Positions 27,701 to 37,311 of a stretch of 64,000 bases of DNA are shown here, one piece after another. The notes beneath the pieces were generated by a model, which searched no databases, was not told the DNA's origin, and saw only the letters and a list, made by a program, of their open reading frames with translations. Within the stretch, counting starts at the first letter, position 1. Each line of letters opens with the position of its first letter. A program made the translations under genes and the position numbers. This DNA comes from an uncultured Pseudomonadales bacterium (GTDB taxonomy: Bacteria; Patescibacteriota; Microgenomatia; UBA1400; PJMF01): NCBI GenBank assembly GCA_964625685.1, contig CAZVBO010000001.1, positions 69,249-133,248 on the forward strand. Direction: 5' to 3'.

Positions 27701-27872
27701 TCAAAGTTCAAAAATCCAAACAAGTTTAAAGCCAGCCCAAGGCTGGTCCGTCTTGGACGGAAATAAAGAAGAAAGAATAAAAAGGGTTAAAGATATACAG
27801 GGATAAAGCTAAAAGCCTAAAACTGAATTCTGAATTTTGTTTGAAATTTGGATTTTGAGTTTTGAGCTTTTA
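27701..27872. repeat. Intergenic A/T heptad repeat locus R2: CAAA-arm (27701-27730), two GC hairpins (27731-27760), TTTG-arm (27826-27872)
   Basis: The left arm is caaagttcaaaaatccaaacaagtttaaag. It is followed by gccagcccaaggctggtc and ccgtcttggacgg. The right arm is gaattttgtttgaaatttggattttgagttttgagc. Confidence 0.55.
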
Positions 27873-27885
27873 AAATATCAAGCTT

Positions 27886-28320
27886 CTATTGAGTGATATC
27901 TCCACTCTCAGTGACTATTGGTGTCTCCTCAAGCTGAGCTTCTGGAGTGGGACTAGGCTCAACTGTTGGAATAGGAGTTGGGGTGGGTGAAGCTTTGGTA
28001 TAGACATCATCACTCACATCAATAGTGACCTTGGATTCACTTCGACCATCAGCTGAAGGGACCAATTTATAGATGGGAAAGTTAGCTAAGTCAGCTGGGG
28101 TGAAAAATTCCTTTTGTTCTAGTTGCGCAATAACGGTTTCATCAATATTGGGATTAATACTTTGGGCTGCTTTTTTAAGTTCCGCTGAAATACTTGAAGA
28201 GCGCTGAGACCGAAAAAGTTCAAAAGCCACCCACACTACTATAGTAATAAGTGAGAATAATAGAATTTGAAGAATTCTCTGTCGTTGATGAAGTTGATGT
28301 AAGTTTTTTTGAGTGGTCAT
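27886..28320 (-). CDS. hypothetical membrane-anchored protein (possibly PilP-like)
   Basis: It has a single N-terminal TM helix and a PT-rich C-terminus. It sits last in the murJ-pilN-pilO-like gene string. Confidence 0.4.
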   Translation of the reverse strand: MTTQKNLHQLHQRQRILQILLFSLITIVVWVAFELFRSQRSSSISAELKKAAQSINPNIDETVIAQLEQKEFFTPADLANFPIYKLVPSADGRSESKVTIDVSDDVYTKASPTPTPIPTVEPSPTPEAQLEETPIVTESGDITQ

Positions 28321-28323
28321 GAT

Positions 28324-28953
28324 TTATTTCTTGATATCAGTTGAATTTTCAATTCCAAAATAGGGCAGATTAACCGTAATATTAGCCTTCAACTGTTTAT
28401 TATTGTTGACCTCACTGACGGTAAAGATAATGGAGTCTACAAATAAAGTGCGACGGTTTCGCTGGAGACTTTCTACAAAATTACGGATGGCTAGGTAGTC
28501 CCCAGTTACGGAAACGTTAATTGGGACGGTGATTTTTGTTTTTTGGGAAAAAGGTATGGTCTCATCTGCTTCTTGAGGAATTTCATTTACCTGCATAGAG
28601 GTAATCACTAACTCATTGTCACTGGCTGTTTTTTCAATAATTTTTAAGGCATTTTCGAATTCAGGTTGTGAGGGGAGTGCTTGATCTAAGACAAATAATC
28701 GATCTTGTAAATTGAGATATTGAGTCTGAGCAGTCGCCAATGAAGCCGTCTTTTGACGCAATTGCTCATTAAGGTTGGTTTTGTCTTCAATTTCTTTAAT
28801 CAAATCTGACATGGTCAGTAAAGTGGGCCGAATAGCAAAGAGAGCAAAAAACATGACTGCTCCAATGGATAAAAACAATTCCAAAGAAACCTTAGCCACG
28901 GGTTGGTTATAAAACTTGATGAGGGTGGTTCGTATTTCTCGTTGAGTTGGCAT
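28324..28953 (-). CDS. PilO-like type IV pilus assembly protein
   Basis: The short cytoplasmic N-terminus, TM helix, coiled-coil and roughly 100-aa periplasmic domain give a PilO-like architecture. The ORF is adjacent to the PilN-like gene with only 1 nt between them. Confidence 0.5.
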   Translation of the reverse strand: MPTQREIRTTLIKFYNQPVAKVSLELFLSIGAVMFFALFAIRPTLLTMSDLIKEIEDKTNLNEQLRQKTASLATAQTQYLNLQDRLFVLDQALPSQPEFENALKIIEKTASDNELVITSMQVNEIPQEADETIPFSQKTKITVPINVSVTGDYLAIRNFVESLQRNRRTLFVDSIIFTVSEVNNNKQLKANITVNLPYFGIENSTDIKK

Positions 28954-28954
28954 T

Positions 28955-29572
28955 TTATAATCCTTGAGTTCGATCTAACAAACCTTGCTGTGATTCAACT
29001 TGATTGGTGGTGGTCTGTTTTAAAATTGCTTCGCTGGTTCTGGCATGAATTCGAAAGTGAAAACCAGGGTCTTTGGCATCACCAGTTTCAATCTTATCGA
29101 CACTGACATTAAAGAAATCCGATGAAAGTTGCAAGTTATTAATAAGCAAGCTCAATGATTCATTGGAATAGGCCGTACCAGCAAGACTGACCGTATCAGT
29201 TTTAATTGTTAACTCATCCAAACGGATACTGGTAGGAGTAATAGCACTTAATTTAGGAAAGACCTCAGCAATGTTAGTTTGCTGAGAGATTTGTTTGTAC
29301 TGTTCAATTTTTTGCTGAACCTCTTTAACATTTTCTTCCAAGTCTCCATAGGAATTAATAACAGTTTGTTTTTGATAAATGGATTCGTTCAAATCAGTAA
29401 CCTGGCGATCTAGGCTAAAACGCGTCACAAAACTAATAATTACAATCAGCTCAGTAAAAATAACGATATATCTGCCTACCGATAACGCCCATTGCAAAAC
29501 TTTACCCAGTGGGGTTTCAAAAAATGGATCTTTGGGAACCAAGTTAATGTTGACGTCGGCAGGCTTTTTCAT
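28955..29572 (-). CDS. PilN-like type IV pilus assembly protein
   Basis: The N-terminal NINLVP segment matches the PilN INLLP motif. It is followed by a TM helix, a coiled-coil and a periplasmic domain. Confidence 0.55.
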   Translation of the reverse strand: MKKPADVNINLVPKDPFFETPLGKVLQWALSVGRYIVIFTELIVIISFVTRFSLDRQVTDLNESIYQKQTVINSYGDLEENVKEVQQKIEQYKQISQQTNIAEVFPKLSAITPTSIRLDELTIKTDTVSLAGTAYSNESLSLLINNLQLSSDFFNVSVDKIETGDAKDPGFHFRIHARTSEAILKQTTTNQVESQQGLLDRTQGL

Positions 29573-29651
29573 GAATACACTTATTTATACCATTTTTGAA
29601 AGTATAAATTCACTGGGCAAACCATCATTTACAAAATGAAGAATTAGGCCT

Positions 29652-31343
29652 CTACATATCTCCACTCTCAACTGGAGTTTCAACCACCATTTCTTTGGTC
29701 TCTGCCAGAGTTTTGCGCCAGCCGCTAAACTTACTCAAAATACGTACTACTAAGTAAAGTTCTTTGACGTCAAACAATGCTGCAAAATAAAGGTAAACGA
29801 GTAACCCAATGGTTCCAGTGGTCATGGTTAAACCTAAAAGTTCGACAGTTCTGGTGGTATCAAAGACAAGCTCATCCAGAATTTTAAATGGTAGGTAAAG
29901 AAATATTGCCATAAAGAAACCAGCTGCCAAAATTTTAAATTGAGGTAACCAGAAATTTTTCCCAGCGACTCCTGGAACTTTACGATTTAATAGTAGGAGT
30001 AAAAAAAGAAATTCAAGAAGACCGGTGGCGGTAGTGACAATGGCAATTCCTAAAACTCCTCCATGAAAGACAAAAGTAGATAACCAACACATCAATAAAT
30101 AACCAATGGCATCAGAAATAGTAACGAATAAAGGAGTTCGGGTATCTTTGAGTGCATAAAAAGAGCGGATTAAGAGATGTACCATTGATTGAGCGGCAAT
30201 AGAGAGTGACAGAATGGCTAAAACTCGTCCAATGCTTAAAGTAGTTACCCACGGAAATTGAGCAGCTCCGTAGACCAACCGAACCGTAGGAACTCTCAGG
30301 ATCAAGAGTAATACGGAAGCGGGAATGGTTAAGAAGGCAATTTGATGAAGAGATTGGAGTAATAATTCAGAAAATCGGGTTCGACTTTCTTCTTCGGCTT
30401 CATCTGACAGAAAAGGCAGAGAGGCTTGACCAATAGAAACTCCAAAAAAACGAATTGGGATAGTCATCAGGGTCAATCCGTAATCCATAATAATGAAACT
30501 GAGATTTCCTAAAGTCGTGGTAAAGAAGCCTAAAGAAAGTTCCCGAATTTCACTAATGGCTAGAGACAAGGTTCGCGGAGGACTTAATTTAAGGAAGCTT
30601 TTAACTCCGGGTAAAGCCAGATTAAAGGACAATTTGTAGCGAAAGCCCAGTTTGATCACTAAAGGTAATTGCACTATCATGTGGATAAAAGCGCCGATTA
30701 AAACTCCTACTCCGGCGCTGTAAACTCCTAGTGAACCAGAAAAGAAATATACTCCGAGTAAAATTCCAATATTATACAGAAAGGGTGCAAAGGCCGGTAA
30801 AATGAATCGTTGGTAAGATTGAAGAATACCGGTCAGAAAGTTGGACACGGCAAAAAAGAGTTGCGAAATCAACATTAACCGAGTCAGATTTATCACAATC
30901 TGAACTTGTTCTTCGGTAAAAGCTACCCCAGTTCGGAATCGAGTGAGAGGTTCAGCAAAAATATAAATCAAGACTGAGATACCAATAAAGATCAACAATA
31001 AATAATTAAAGATTACGGAACTCATTTTAAATGCTTGAGCTTCATTTTTCTTTTTCTCTTGAGTGAAAATTGGTACCAGTGTGGCAGATAAGGCACCTAA
31101 GATCACAATCTGGAACATGGTGTTGGGTATTTGGAAAGCAACTTTAAAGGCTTCGTAGGCTTGTTGAGAGGTAACACTACTGAAAAAAGTGCTAATCAAG
31201 AGTCGCTCTCTAAAAAGTCCAGCCACTTGGGACATGATATTGGCCACGGCGATAATAGTCGCAGCAGTTAAAATTGAATTTTGCTTTTGTTCAAGCCATT
31301 TTCCATTTTTAAAAAGACTCCCAATGGTGAAATTCAAGGTCAT
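29652..31343 (-). CDS. murJ: lipid II flippase MurJ (MviN)
   Basis: The 563-aa polytopic protein has a MurJ-like N-terminus, ...LTAATIIAVANIMSQVAGLFRERLL. Confidence 0.85.
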   Translation of the reverse strand: MTLNFTIGSLFKNGKWLEQKQNSILTAATIIAVANIMSQVAGLFRERLLISTFFSSVTSQQAYEAFKVAFQIPNTMFQIVILGALSATLVPIFTQEKKKNEAQAFKMSSVIFNYLLLIFIGISVLIYIFAEPLTRFRTGVAFTEEQVQIVINLTRLMLISQLFFAVSNFLTGILQSYQRFILPAFAPFLYNIGILLGVYFFSGSLGVYSAGVGVLIGAFIHMIVQLPLVIKLGFRYKLSFNLALPGVKSFLKLSPPRTLSLAISEIRELSLGFFTTTLGNLSFIIMDYGLTLMTIPIRFFGVSIGQASLPFLSDEAEEESRTRFSELLLQSLHQIAFLTIPASVLLLILRVPTVRLVYGAAQFPWVTTLSIGRVLAILSLSIAAQSMVHLLIRSFYALKDTRTPLFVTISDAIGYLLMCWLSTFVFHGGVLGIAIVTTATGLLEFLFLLLLLNRKVPGVAGKNFWLPQFKILAAGFFMAIFLYLPFKILDELVFDTTRTVELLGLTMTTGTIGLLVYLYFAALFDVKELYLVVRILSKFSGWRKTLAETKEMVVETPVESGDM

Positions 31344-31477
31344 AGGGTGATTATACTAATGTTTATTGATTAATGTCTAATGGTTAATATTCAGTGTTTA
31401 GTCTAAGTGATTTGTGTTAGTGATGATCATGTTTTTTTGGAGTTTGAATGTTGGGCTCTGGTTTTTAAAAAGAAAGA

Positions 31478-31506
31478 TTGATAATTTGTGATTCTTGAGA
31501 TACAAT
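31478..31506 (+). promoter_or_regulatory. sigma70-like promoter upstream of rpsT (TTGATA-17-TACAAT)
   Basis: The hexamers are TTGATA at 31478-31483 and TACAAT at 31501-31506, with a 17-nt spacer, about 45 nt upstream of the rpsT ATG. Confidence 0.4.
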
Positions 31507-31549
31507 AACTTTTCTTAAATAGCAATATTTTAAAGGTCAACTTTCTATT

Positions 31550-31786
31550 ATGCCAATTTTAAAAAACGCCAAAAAGGCCTTGCGAGTCAGTAAACGCAAA
31601 ACACTGGTTAATCGTGCTGTAAAATCAAAGGTGAAAACTGCTATGGATGCTTTTAAAGCCAATCCTAGTGAAGACACCTTAAAAAAAGCTTTTTCAACGG
31701 TTGATAAGTCAGTTAAGAAAAATATTATCCACCGCAATAAAGCCGCTCGAATTAAAGCCCGTTTGGCCAAATCAGTTTCAGCTTAA
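31550..31786 (+). CDS. rpsT: 30S ribosomal protein S20
   Basis: The sequence MPILKNAKKALRVSKRKTLVNRAVKSKVKTA...RNKAARIKARLAK is canonical S20. The antisense 77-aa ORF was rejected. Confidence 0.9.
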   Translation: MPILKNAKKALRVSKRKTLVNRAVKSKVKTAMDAFKANPSEDTLKKAFSTVDKSVKKNIIHRNKAARIKARLAKSVSA

Positions 31787-31821
31787 ATTCTCTAGAGACG
31801 TGCTTGTATAATGAAGTGGAC

Positions 31822-33615
31822 ATGAACCACATTCGAAATTTTTCCATTATTGCCCATATTGATCATGGCAAAACTACTTTGACTGATCAATTTTTACGAC
31901 TGACTCATACGGTTTCAGAACGAAATCATATGGAGCGGATTATGGATAGTAATCCGATTGAACAAGAACGAGGTATTACCATTAAATTGGCTCCAGTTAG
32001 GATGAAGTACACTCGTCAGGAAAATGGACAAAACGTCGAATACATCCTCAACTTAATTGATACCCCTGGACATGTCGACTTTGGATATGAGGTAAATCGG
32101 TCTTTGGCCGCTTGTGAGGGTGTATTGTTGGTGATTGATGCCACACAAGGAATTCAAGCCCAAACTTTGGCCAATTATGAAAAAGCCAAGGAACTTGGTT
32201 TAACTATCCTCTTCGTCTTAAATAAAATTGATTTGCCTTCCGCTGATGTAGAGCTAGTGAGTTTAGAATGCATGGATACTTTTGGAATTGGAGAGTCCGA
32301 TATCTTTCAAGTTTCAGCAAAATCAGGTTTGCATGTGGCTCAATTATTGGATGCCATTGTGGAGCGAATTCCAGCTCCAACTCAAGATTTAGATCTACCA
32401 TTGCGGGCACTCGTTTTTACTTCCCAGTTTGATCAACACAAAGGAGTGGTTGCCTATATTCGAGTAGTTGAAGGCATGTTGACTCGAGATAAATTGAGAT
32501 TATTGTTTACTGGAGCTGAGTTTACCCCTCCTGAAATTGGTACTTTTACTCCGGAGATGAAACCAACGAAGCAGCTGGTCGCCGGAGAAGTGGGGTATAT
32601 TTCCACTGGGCTAAAAGAAGTGTCTTTGATTAAAGTTGGTGATACCTTGACTCGGGCCGAGCACTTTGAAAAAGTAACTCCATTGCCTGGGTATAAAGAA
32701 CCTATTCCGATGGTGTATATGCAGTTTTATCCGATTGATGGAAAAGACTTTGTATTACTGCAAGATGCTGTAGCCAAATTGTCACTTCATGACTCTTCTT
32801 TGGTTTCTAGTGGGGTTCACTCTCCAGCTTTAGGCAATGGATTGAGAATTGGTTTTTTGGGATTGTTACATGCTGAAATTATTCAAGAGCGACTCAATCG
32901 AGAATTCGGATTAGATCTGATTGTAACTACCCCCACAGTGACTTATCAGTTGCAATTATCAAATGGAGAAGAACTGGAAATTTATTCTCCCACTGAAATG
33001 CCAGATCCAAGTTTGATTTCCCAGGTTCGAGAACCTATAACTCGGGCTACTCTGTTTACTCCGGGAGAATATGTGGGCGCGGTAATGAAGCTCTGTCGGG
33101 AACATCGAGGAGAATTGATTGGTGTCGAAAATAAAGGTGTTCGAGCTAAAATGAATTATGAACTGCCACTTTCGGAAATTATTGTGTCTTTTCATGATAA
33201 GTTAAAATCAATTACTTCTGGATTTGCTTCACTAGAATATGAAATTGTTGGTTTTAAACCAGTTGATGCTGTGAAACTCGATATTCTAGTTCATGGAGAA
33301 AAAGTAGAAGCTTTAAGTCAGATTGTAGTTCGAGATCAAGCAGAGCGAATTGGACGAGCCGTAGTTGCAAAATTAAAAGAGGTTTTACCACGACAAATGT
33401 TTGAGGTTCCTGTTCAGGCTGCTTTGGGTGGCAAAATTTTAGCTCGAGAAACTCTCAAAGCTTACCGTAAGGATGTCACTGCTAAACTCTATGGTGGAGA
33501 TGTAACTCGTCGCCAAAAACTATTGAAAAAACAAGCTAAAGGTAAAAAGAAAATGAAAAAGATTGGAAAAGTGGAAATTAATCAGGATGCATTTTTGGCG
33601 GTCCTGGAACGATGA
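31822..33615 (+). CDS. lepA: elongation factor 4 (LepA)
   Basis: The N-terminus MNHIRNFSIIAHIDHGKTTL is LepA-like and the protein carries the unique LepA C-terminal domain. The ORF caller's TTG at 31804 was replaced by ATG 31822. Confidence 0.9.
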   Translation: MNHIRNFSIIAHIDHGKTTLTDQFLRLTHTVSERNHMERIMDSNPIEQERGITIKLAPVRMKYTRQENGQNVEYILNLIDTPGHVDFGYEVNRSLAACEGVLLVIDATQGIQAQTLANYEKAKELGLTILFVLNKIDLPSADVELVSLECMDTFGIGESDIFQVSAKSGLHVAQLLDAIVERIPAPTQDLDLPLRALVFTSQFDQHKGVVAYIRVVEGMLTRDKLRLLFTGAEFTPPEIGTFTPEMKPTKQLVAGEVGYISTGLKEVSLIKVGDTLTRAEHFEKVTPLPGYKEPIPMVYMQFYPIDGKDFVLLQDAVAKLSLHDSSLVSSGVHSPALGNGLRIGFLGLLHAEIIQERLNREFGLDLIVTTPTVTYQLQLSNGEELEIYSPTEMPDPSLISQVREPITRATLFTPGEYVGAVMKLCREHRGELIGVENKGVRAKMNYELPLSEIIVSFHDKLKSITSGFASLEYEIVGFKPVDAVKLDILVHGEKVEALSQIVVRDQAERIGRAVVAKLKEVLPRQMFEVPVQAALGGKILARETLKAYRKDVTAKLYGGDVTRRQKLLKKQAKGKKKMKKIGKVEINQDAFLAVLER

Positions 33616-33627
33616 TATAATACCTTT

Positions 33628-34335
33628 ATGCCTGAAATTTTTAATTCAGCTTCCACTCAACCGAATTCTATCTTTCCTCCTCAAGACATGGTGGATGAGC
33701 AGGCAGAGCATCGACAGAAACGCCGACACAAACATGTTGATGAGTATTCTGATGTGATGCGTCAAGAAAAACCAGCGAGACATGCCTTAGGAGCGTATGC
33801 CCCTAAACCATTTAAAGTTTTTTTTGATTCACAGTTGAGAGAAGAAGAAGTTATTTTGCTCTTACGGCAACATCCTATTACCCAACTGAAGTGGGTGATT
33901 ACTGCTGTAGTGTTAATTTTTTTACCCAGTGTATTTGGCTATATTCATTTATTTGACTTTCTCTATGGAAAATATCTATTGGCTGGGCTAATTAGTTGGT
34001 ATTTGTTAGTAGTAGCGTTTTGTTTAGAGTCTTTCTTGGGGTGGTTTTATAATGTTTACATTATCACAGATGAACGGGTGATTGACATTGATTTTGACAG
34101 TTTAATCTATAAAAATATTTCGGTAGCTAAACTTGATAACATTGAAGATGTCACGGCTACTACCGGTGGAGCAATTCAATCAATCTTTGATTTCGGAACG
34201 ATTAAAATTCAAACTGCTGCCGAAAAACAGGAATTTGAGTTTGGAAATGTTCCTCATCCATCTAAAGTTACTACTTTACTCAATGAATTATTATTGGAAG
34301 AAGAAAAAGAAAAAATTGAAGGCAGAGTAAATTAA
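33628..34335 (+). CDS. membrane protein with C-terminal bacterial PH (bPH_2/YdbS-like) domain
   Basis: Two TM helices are followed by an ~80-aa region ...ITDERVIDIDF...IKIQTAAE... that resembles the membrane-flanked bPH_2 domain. Confidence 0.4.
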   Translation: MPEIFNSASTQPNSIFPPQDMVDEQAEHRQKRRHKHVDEYSDVMRQEKPARHALGAYAPKPFKVFFDSQLREEEVILLLRQHPITQLKWVITAVVLIFLPSVFGYIHLFDFLYGKYLLAGLISWYLLVVAFCLESFLGWFYNVYIITDERVIDIDFDSLIYKNISVAKLDNIEDVTATTGGAIQSIFDFGTIKIQTAAEKQEFEFGNVPHPSKVTTLLNELLLEEEKEKIEGRVN

Positions 34336-34337
34336 TT

Positions 34338-34589
34338 ATGATGTTACAAGTTGGCCTAGTCCTAGGTGATACCATCAATACTTCATGGCAACATGCGTTT
34401 GATAGTTTGCTAAATATAATTTTTAGTATTTTGTTGCTAGTATATATAGTATTTGCTTTTATAGTGATACGTCAGGTAAAAAGCATGAGTAAAACTTTAG
34501 AGACCACTTTTTCTCCAGTCATTCAGCTGTTTAGTTATATTCATTTTGCAGTGGCGGTGATTATTTTTCTACTCTATATGATGCTGTAA
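34338..34589 (+). CDS. hypothetical small 2-TM membrane protein
   Basis: The hydrophobic 83-aa ORF starts 3 nt after the previous stop. Confidence 0.35.
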   Translation: MMLQVGLVLGDTINTSWQHAFDSLLNIIFSILLLVYIVFAFIVIRQVKSMSKTLETTFSPVIQLFSYIHFAVAVIIFLLYMML

Positions 34590-34679
34590 AGATAAAAGCA
34601 CTGATATAACCAAATTTCTTTTTTAAAAATTAAACGTTTCCTCTATAACAATTTACTGCTTAATGGTACAATTGAGATA

Positions 34680-36671
34680 ATGCAACCCATTACCTTGACA
34701 CCCATTGTGGGACTGCCCCAATTTGATGGTTGGTCACAGGTCACTTCCAACGCCGATCATTCATTTGTGTGTGTATTTTCTATTCGAGGAGATAATGCGG
34801 GGAATGTGGGCCGAGATGTAGTTGACATGCTCAACCAGTTTTCGCCTCATGATGCGCATCATTTTCATCAAAATTTAGCTGAAGTGGATCAATTTGTAAC
34901 TGAAAAAGAATGTCGTTTGGCTATAACTGGGGCTTTATTTATCGAAGAAACTTGTTATTTGGGTGCTAAACTAGGGGGTATCTGCCTCAAACGAGGGAGT
35001 AAAGTAGGAAAGTTGGTAGTCGCTGATTCAGCCATTGCGGTGGTAGAAGGTACTTATAAAAAAGAAGACGTGTTTGTCTTATATACCCAAGAAGCTGAAT
35101 CTTTTTATGGGGAAATTCAACAAAAATTATCTCAAGGTTATGATGTGGATACCATCATTACTTCTATTGTTCCTGGTTTAAGAAGTCTGGAAAACTCAGC
35201 CCTGTGTGCATTGGGTTTCCTCCAAGTGTCTCCCGTTGAGACTGAGCCAAGTGTAGCTGTAGCTCCAGTAGATGAGGATGATATTGTACTTGATGAAGAT
35301 ACCCACAGTCAGGCTGAACCAGAAGCAGAGAACGCAACAGCAGTTCACACCACCTATGATCCTACGAGTGATAAATACTTTGATGGCAGTGAAATTTTGC
35401 AAAAGACGAGTGTGGTCTCAACTCCTAAACAGTCTCTGGTGGGTCGGTTGAAACGTTTTTTTTTAACACTTTTCAACTCAAGAGAAAAAATTAAATTAAC
35501 CTCTTCTAAAAAAAAATTAGCTGAATCTCGGCTAGCGTTTAAAAAAAAATTCACTTTTTCTGGCTCTCAAAAAAAGAAAATCATTCTGATTTTAACTAGC
35601 TTAGTGGTTATAGGAGGAATAGGAGGCGGAGCATTATACTGGCATTATAGTCAAGTTCAAGCCGAAGTTACCGCTGAGACTCAAAAATTGGCCCCTTATC
35701 GTCAACGTTTAGAAGCAGCTAAAACTCAAGCAGAGACCGATCCAATTGTTGTTCGAGATGAGGTGAGCTCAATTTTATCTGATTTAACTGCTGAAACTCA
35801 GCGTGTAGAGCAGAACAAGCCAGTTTTAGAAGTGGCCCAGGAATTACTAACTGAAACTCAAACATTTTATGATTCGATTGCGGGACAAGAAGAGGTCAAT
35901 CAACTGCCTCTTTTTTATGACCTCAGATTGGTTGAGTCTGACTTTGTAGCCCAGTCTGCTCAAGTGAGTGAAGGTAAAGCCTATTTTTTTGATGCGGAAA
36001 AAGGGCACATTATTCAGTTAGATTTAGCTTCTAAGCAATCTGAACCATTTGAAGTTAAAGATGGCAGTAATGCTCGAGATTTTGGGGTAAACGGGAATTC
36101 AGCTTTTATTTTGAAAGAGGGCATATTGCGGTTTGGTTTAAAGGATCAGACTACGGTTAAAATTATTCCTGAAAGCGATACCAATCGGGCTGCGACTGAG
36201 TTACGTACTTTTGGTAGTTTTCTTTATTTGTTGGTACCTGAGAGTCGTAATATTTATAAGTATACAGATGATGAGGATGGAACGTATGCAGACCCAGTTT
36301 CGTGGATACGATCGGCCAAAGGCATTGACATGGATCAAGTATTATCATTTGCAGTCGATGGTGATATTTGGCTAACTGATAAAGAAGGACACATTTATCG
36401 GCTCCGAAGTGGGAACAGGATTGATTTTGAAGTTAAAGGATTACCAGAACCATTTGAAAATAGTCTTTTAATTGAAACGAAAGAAGATGATCAGTATATG
36501 TATATTTTGGAAGCGAATAAACAGCGGTTAGTAGTTATAGATAAAGATGGGCAATTTATTAAAGAAGTAAAAAGCAATTCGTTAGCTTCAGGCACAGTGC
36601 TGATGGTGGATGAACCGAATCACACGGCTTATGTGGTAAGTGGTTCTGAAGTCTTTTCAATCCAGTTATAA
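34680..36671 (+). CDS. hypothetical large protein: N-terminal globular domain, central TM helix, C-terminal repeat (beta-propeller-like) region
   Basis: The 663-aa protein has a central TM helix (KKIILILTSLVVIGGIGGGALYW). Its C-terminal half contains repeated Gly-hydrophobic blade-like segments. No catalytic motif was identified confidently. Confidence 0.45.
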   Translation: MQPITLTPIVGLPQFDGWSQVTSNADHSFVCVFSIRGDNAGNVGRDVVDMLNQFSPHDAHHFHQNLAEVDQFVTEKECRLAITGALFIEETCYLGAKLGGICLKRGSKVGKLVVADSAIAVVEGTYKKEDVFVLYTQEAESFYGEIQQKLSQGYDVDTIITSIVPGLRSLENSALCALGFLQVSPVETEPSVAVAPVDEDDIVLDEDTHSQAEPEAENATAVHTTYDPTSDKYFDGSEILQKTSVVSTPKQSLVGRLKRFFLTLFNSREKIKLTSSKKKLAESRLAFKKKFTFSGSQKKKIILILTSLVVIGGIGGGALYWHYSQVQAEVTAETQKLAPYRQRLEAAKTQAETDPIVVRDEVSSILSDLTAETQRVEQNKPVLEVAQELLTETQTFYDSIAGQEEVNQLPLFYDLRLVESDFVAQSAQVSEGKAYFFDAEKGHIIQLDLASKQSEPFEVKDGSNARDFGVNGNSAFILKEGILRFGLKDQTTVKIIPESDTNRAATELRTFGSFLYLLVPESRNIYKYTDDEDGTYADPVSWIRSAKGIDMDQVLSFAVDGDIWLTDKEGHIYRLRSGNRIDFEVKGLPEPFENSLLIETKEDDQYMYILEANKQRLVVIDKDGQFIKEVKSNSLASGTVLMVDEPNHTAYVVSGSEVFSIQL

Positions 36672-36681
36672 TAGAAAAATC

Positions 36682-37134
36682 ATGTTACTGTTAAAAAATA
36701 AAACGGCACATCGGGAGTTTGAGATTCAGCAAACCTATACGGCTGGGGTTGTTTTGACAGGTCCAGAAGTGAAAAGCTTGCGTTTGAAGCATGGCAGTTT
36801 TGCTGGTAGCTTCGTCAAAATTGTAAATGGAGAAGCTTGGTTACTGAATGCCCAAATTAATCCTTACTCATTTGCCGATAATCGTAACTATGATCCTAAA
36901 CGAAGTCGAAAATTGTTGTTATCCAAGAAAGAAATTGATCATTTGACTCAAGCAGATCAACAAAAACGAATCAGTATTATCCCTCTTTCTTTTGAAAGCA
37001 TAGGGAAAAAAATTAAGCTGATAATTGGAATTGGCCGGGGTAAAAAAGAATTTGAAAAACGAGCTGATTTGAAAGCGAGGGCGATACAACGTGATGTAGA
37101 ACGGGAGTTAAAGTCAAGAAAGATCCACTATTAA
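36682..37134 (+). CDS. smpB: SsrA-binding protein SmpB
   Basis: The SmpB segments NKTAHREFEI, VLTGPEVKSL and DPKRSRKLLLSKKEI are present. The start was set at ATG 36682 to avoid overlap. Confidence 0.85.
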   Translation: MLLLKNKTAHREFEIQQTYTAGVVLTGPEVKSLRLKHGSFAGSFVKIVNGEAWLLNAQINPYSFADNRNYDPKRSRKLLLSKKEIDHLTQADQQKRISIIPLSFESIGKKIKLIIGIGRGKKEFEKRADLKARAIQRDVERELKSRKIHY

Positions 37135-37176
37135 AGCTAAAGGAGCAAAGAAGAAAGATTATCGTTGCTAGTGACT

Positions 37177-37230
37177 GAATTTTGGAAATTGGATTTTGTT
37201 TGAGCTTTGGAATTTGAAGTTTGGTTTTTT
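37177..37230 (+). repeat. Intergenic A/T heptad repeat locus R3 (TTTG-type)
   Basis: The sequence gaattttggaaattggattttgtttgagctttggaatttgaagtttgg shows about 7-nt periodicity. Confidence 0.55.
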
Positions 37231-37311
37231 TATTTTTTCACTGCCCCTTGTGTGAAGCTGATTTTTCGAGTTTAATAGAAGGAAAGTTACATAATCAACA
37301 AGGAGTTACGT

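Noticed and set aside
31537-31770. 77-aa ORF antisense to rpsT
   Set aside because: It fully overlaps the canonical S20 reading frame on the opposite strand. It is a mirror ORF typical of basic ribosomal protein genes.
37135-37311. Looked for tmRNA (ssrA) next to smpB
   Set aside because: No tRNA-like acceptor/T-arm (GGTTCGA-type T-loop, CCA-proximal stem) is found in the flanking spacers. Only heptad repeat R3 is there, so ssrA is presumably elsewhere.
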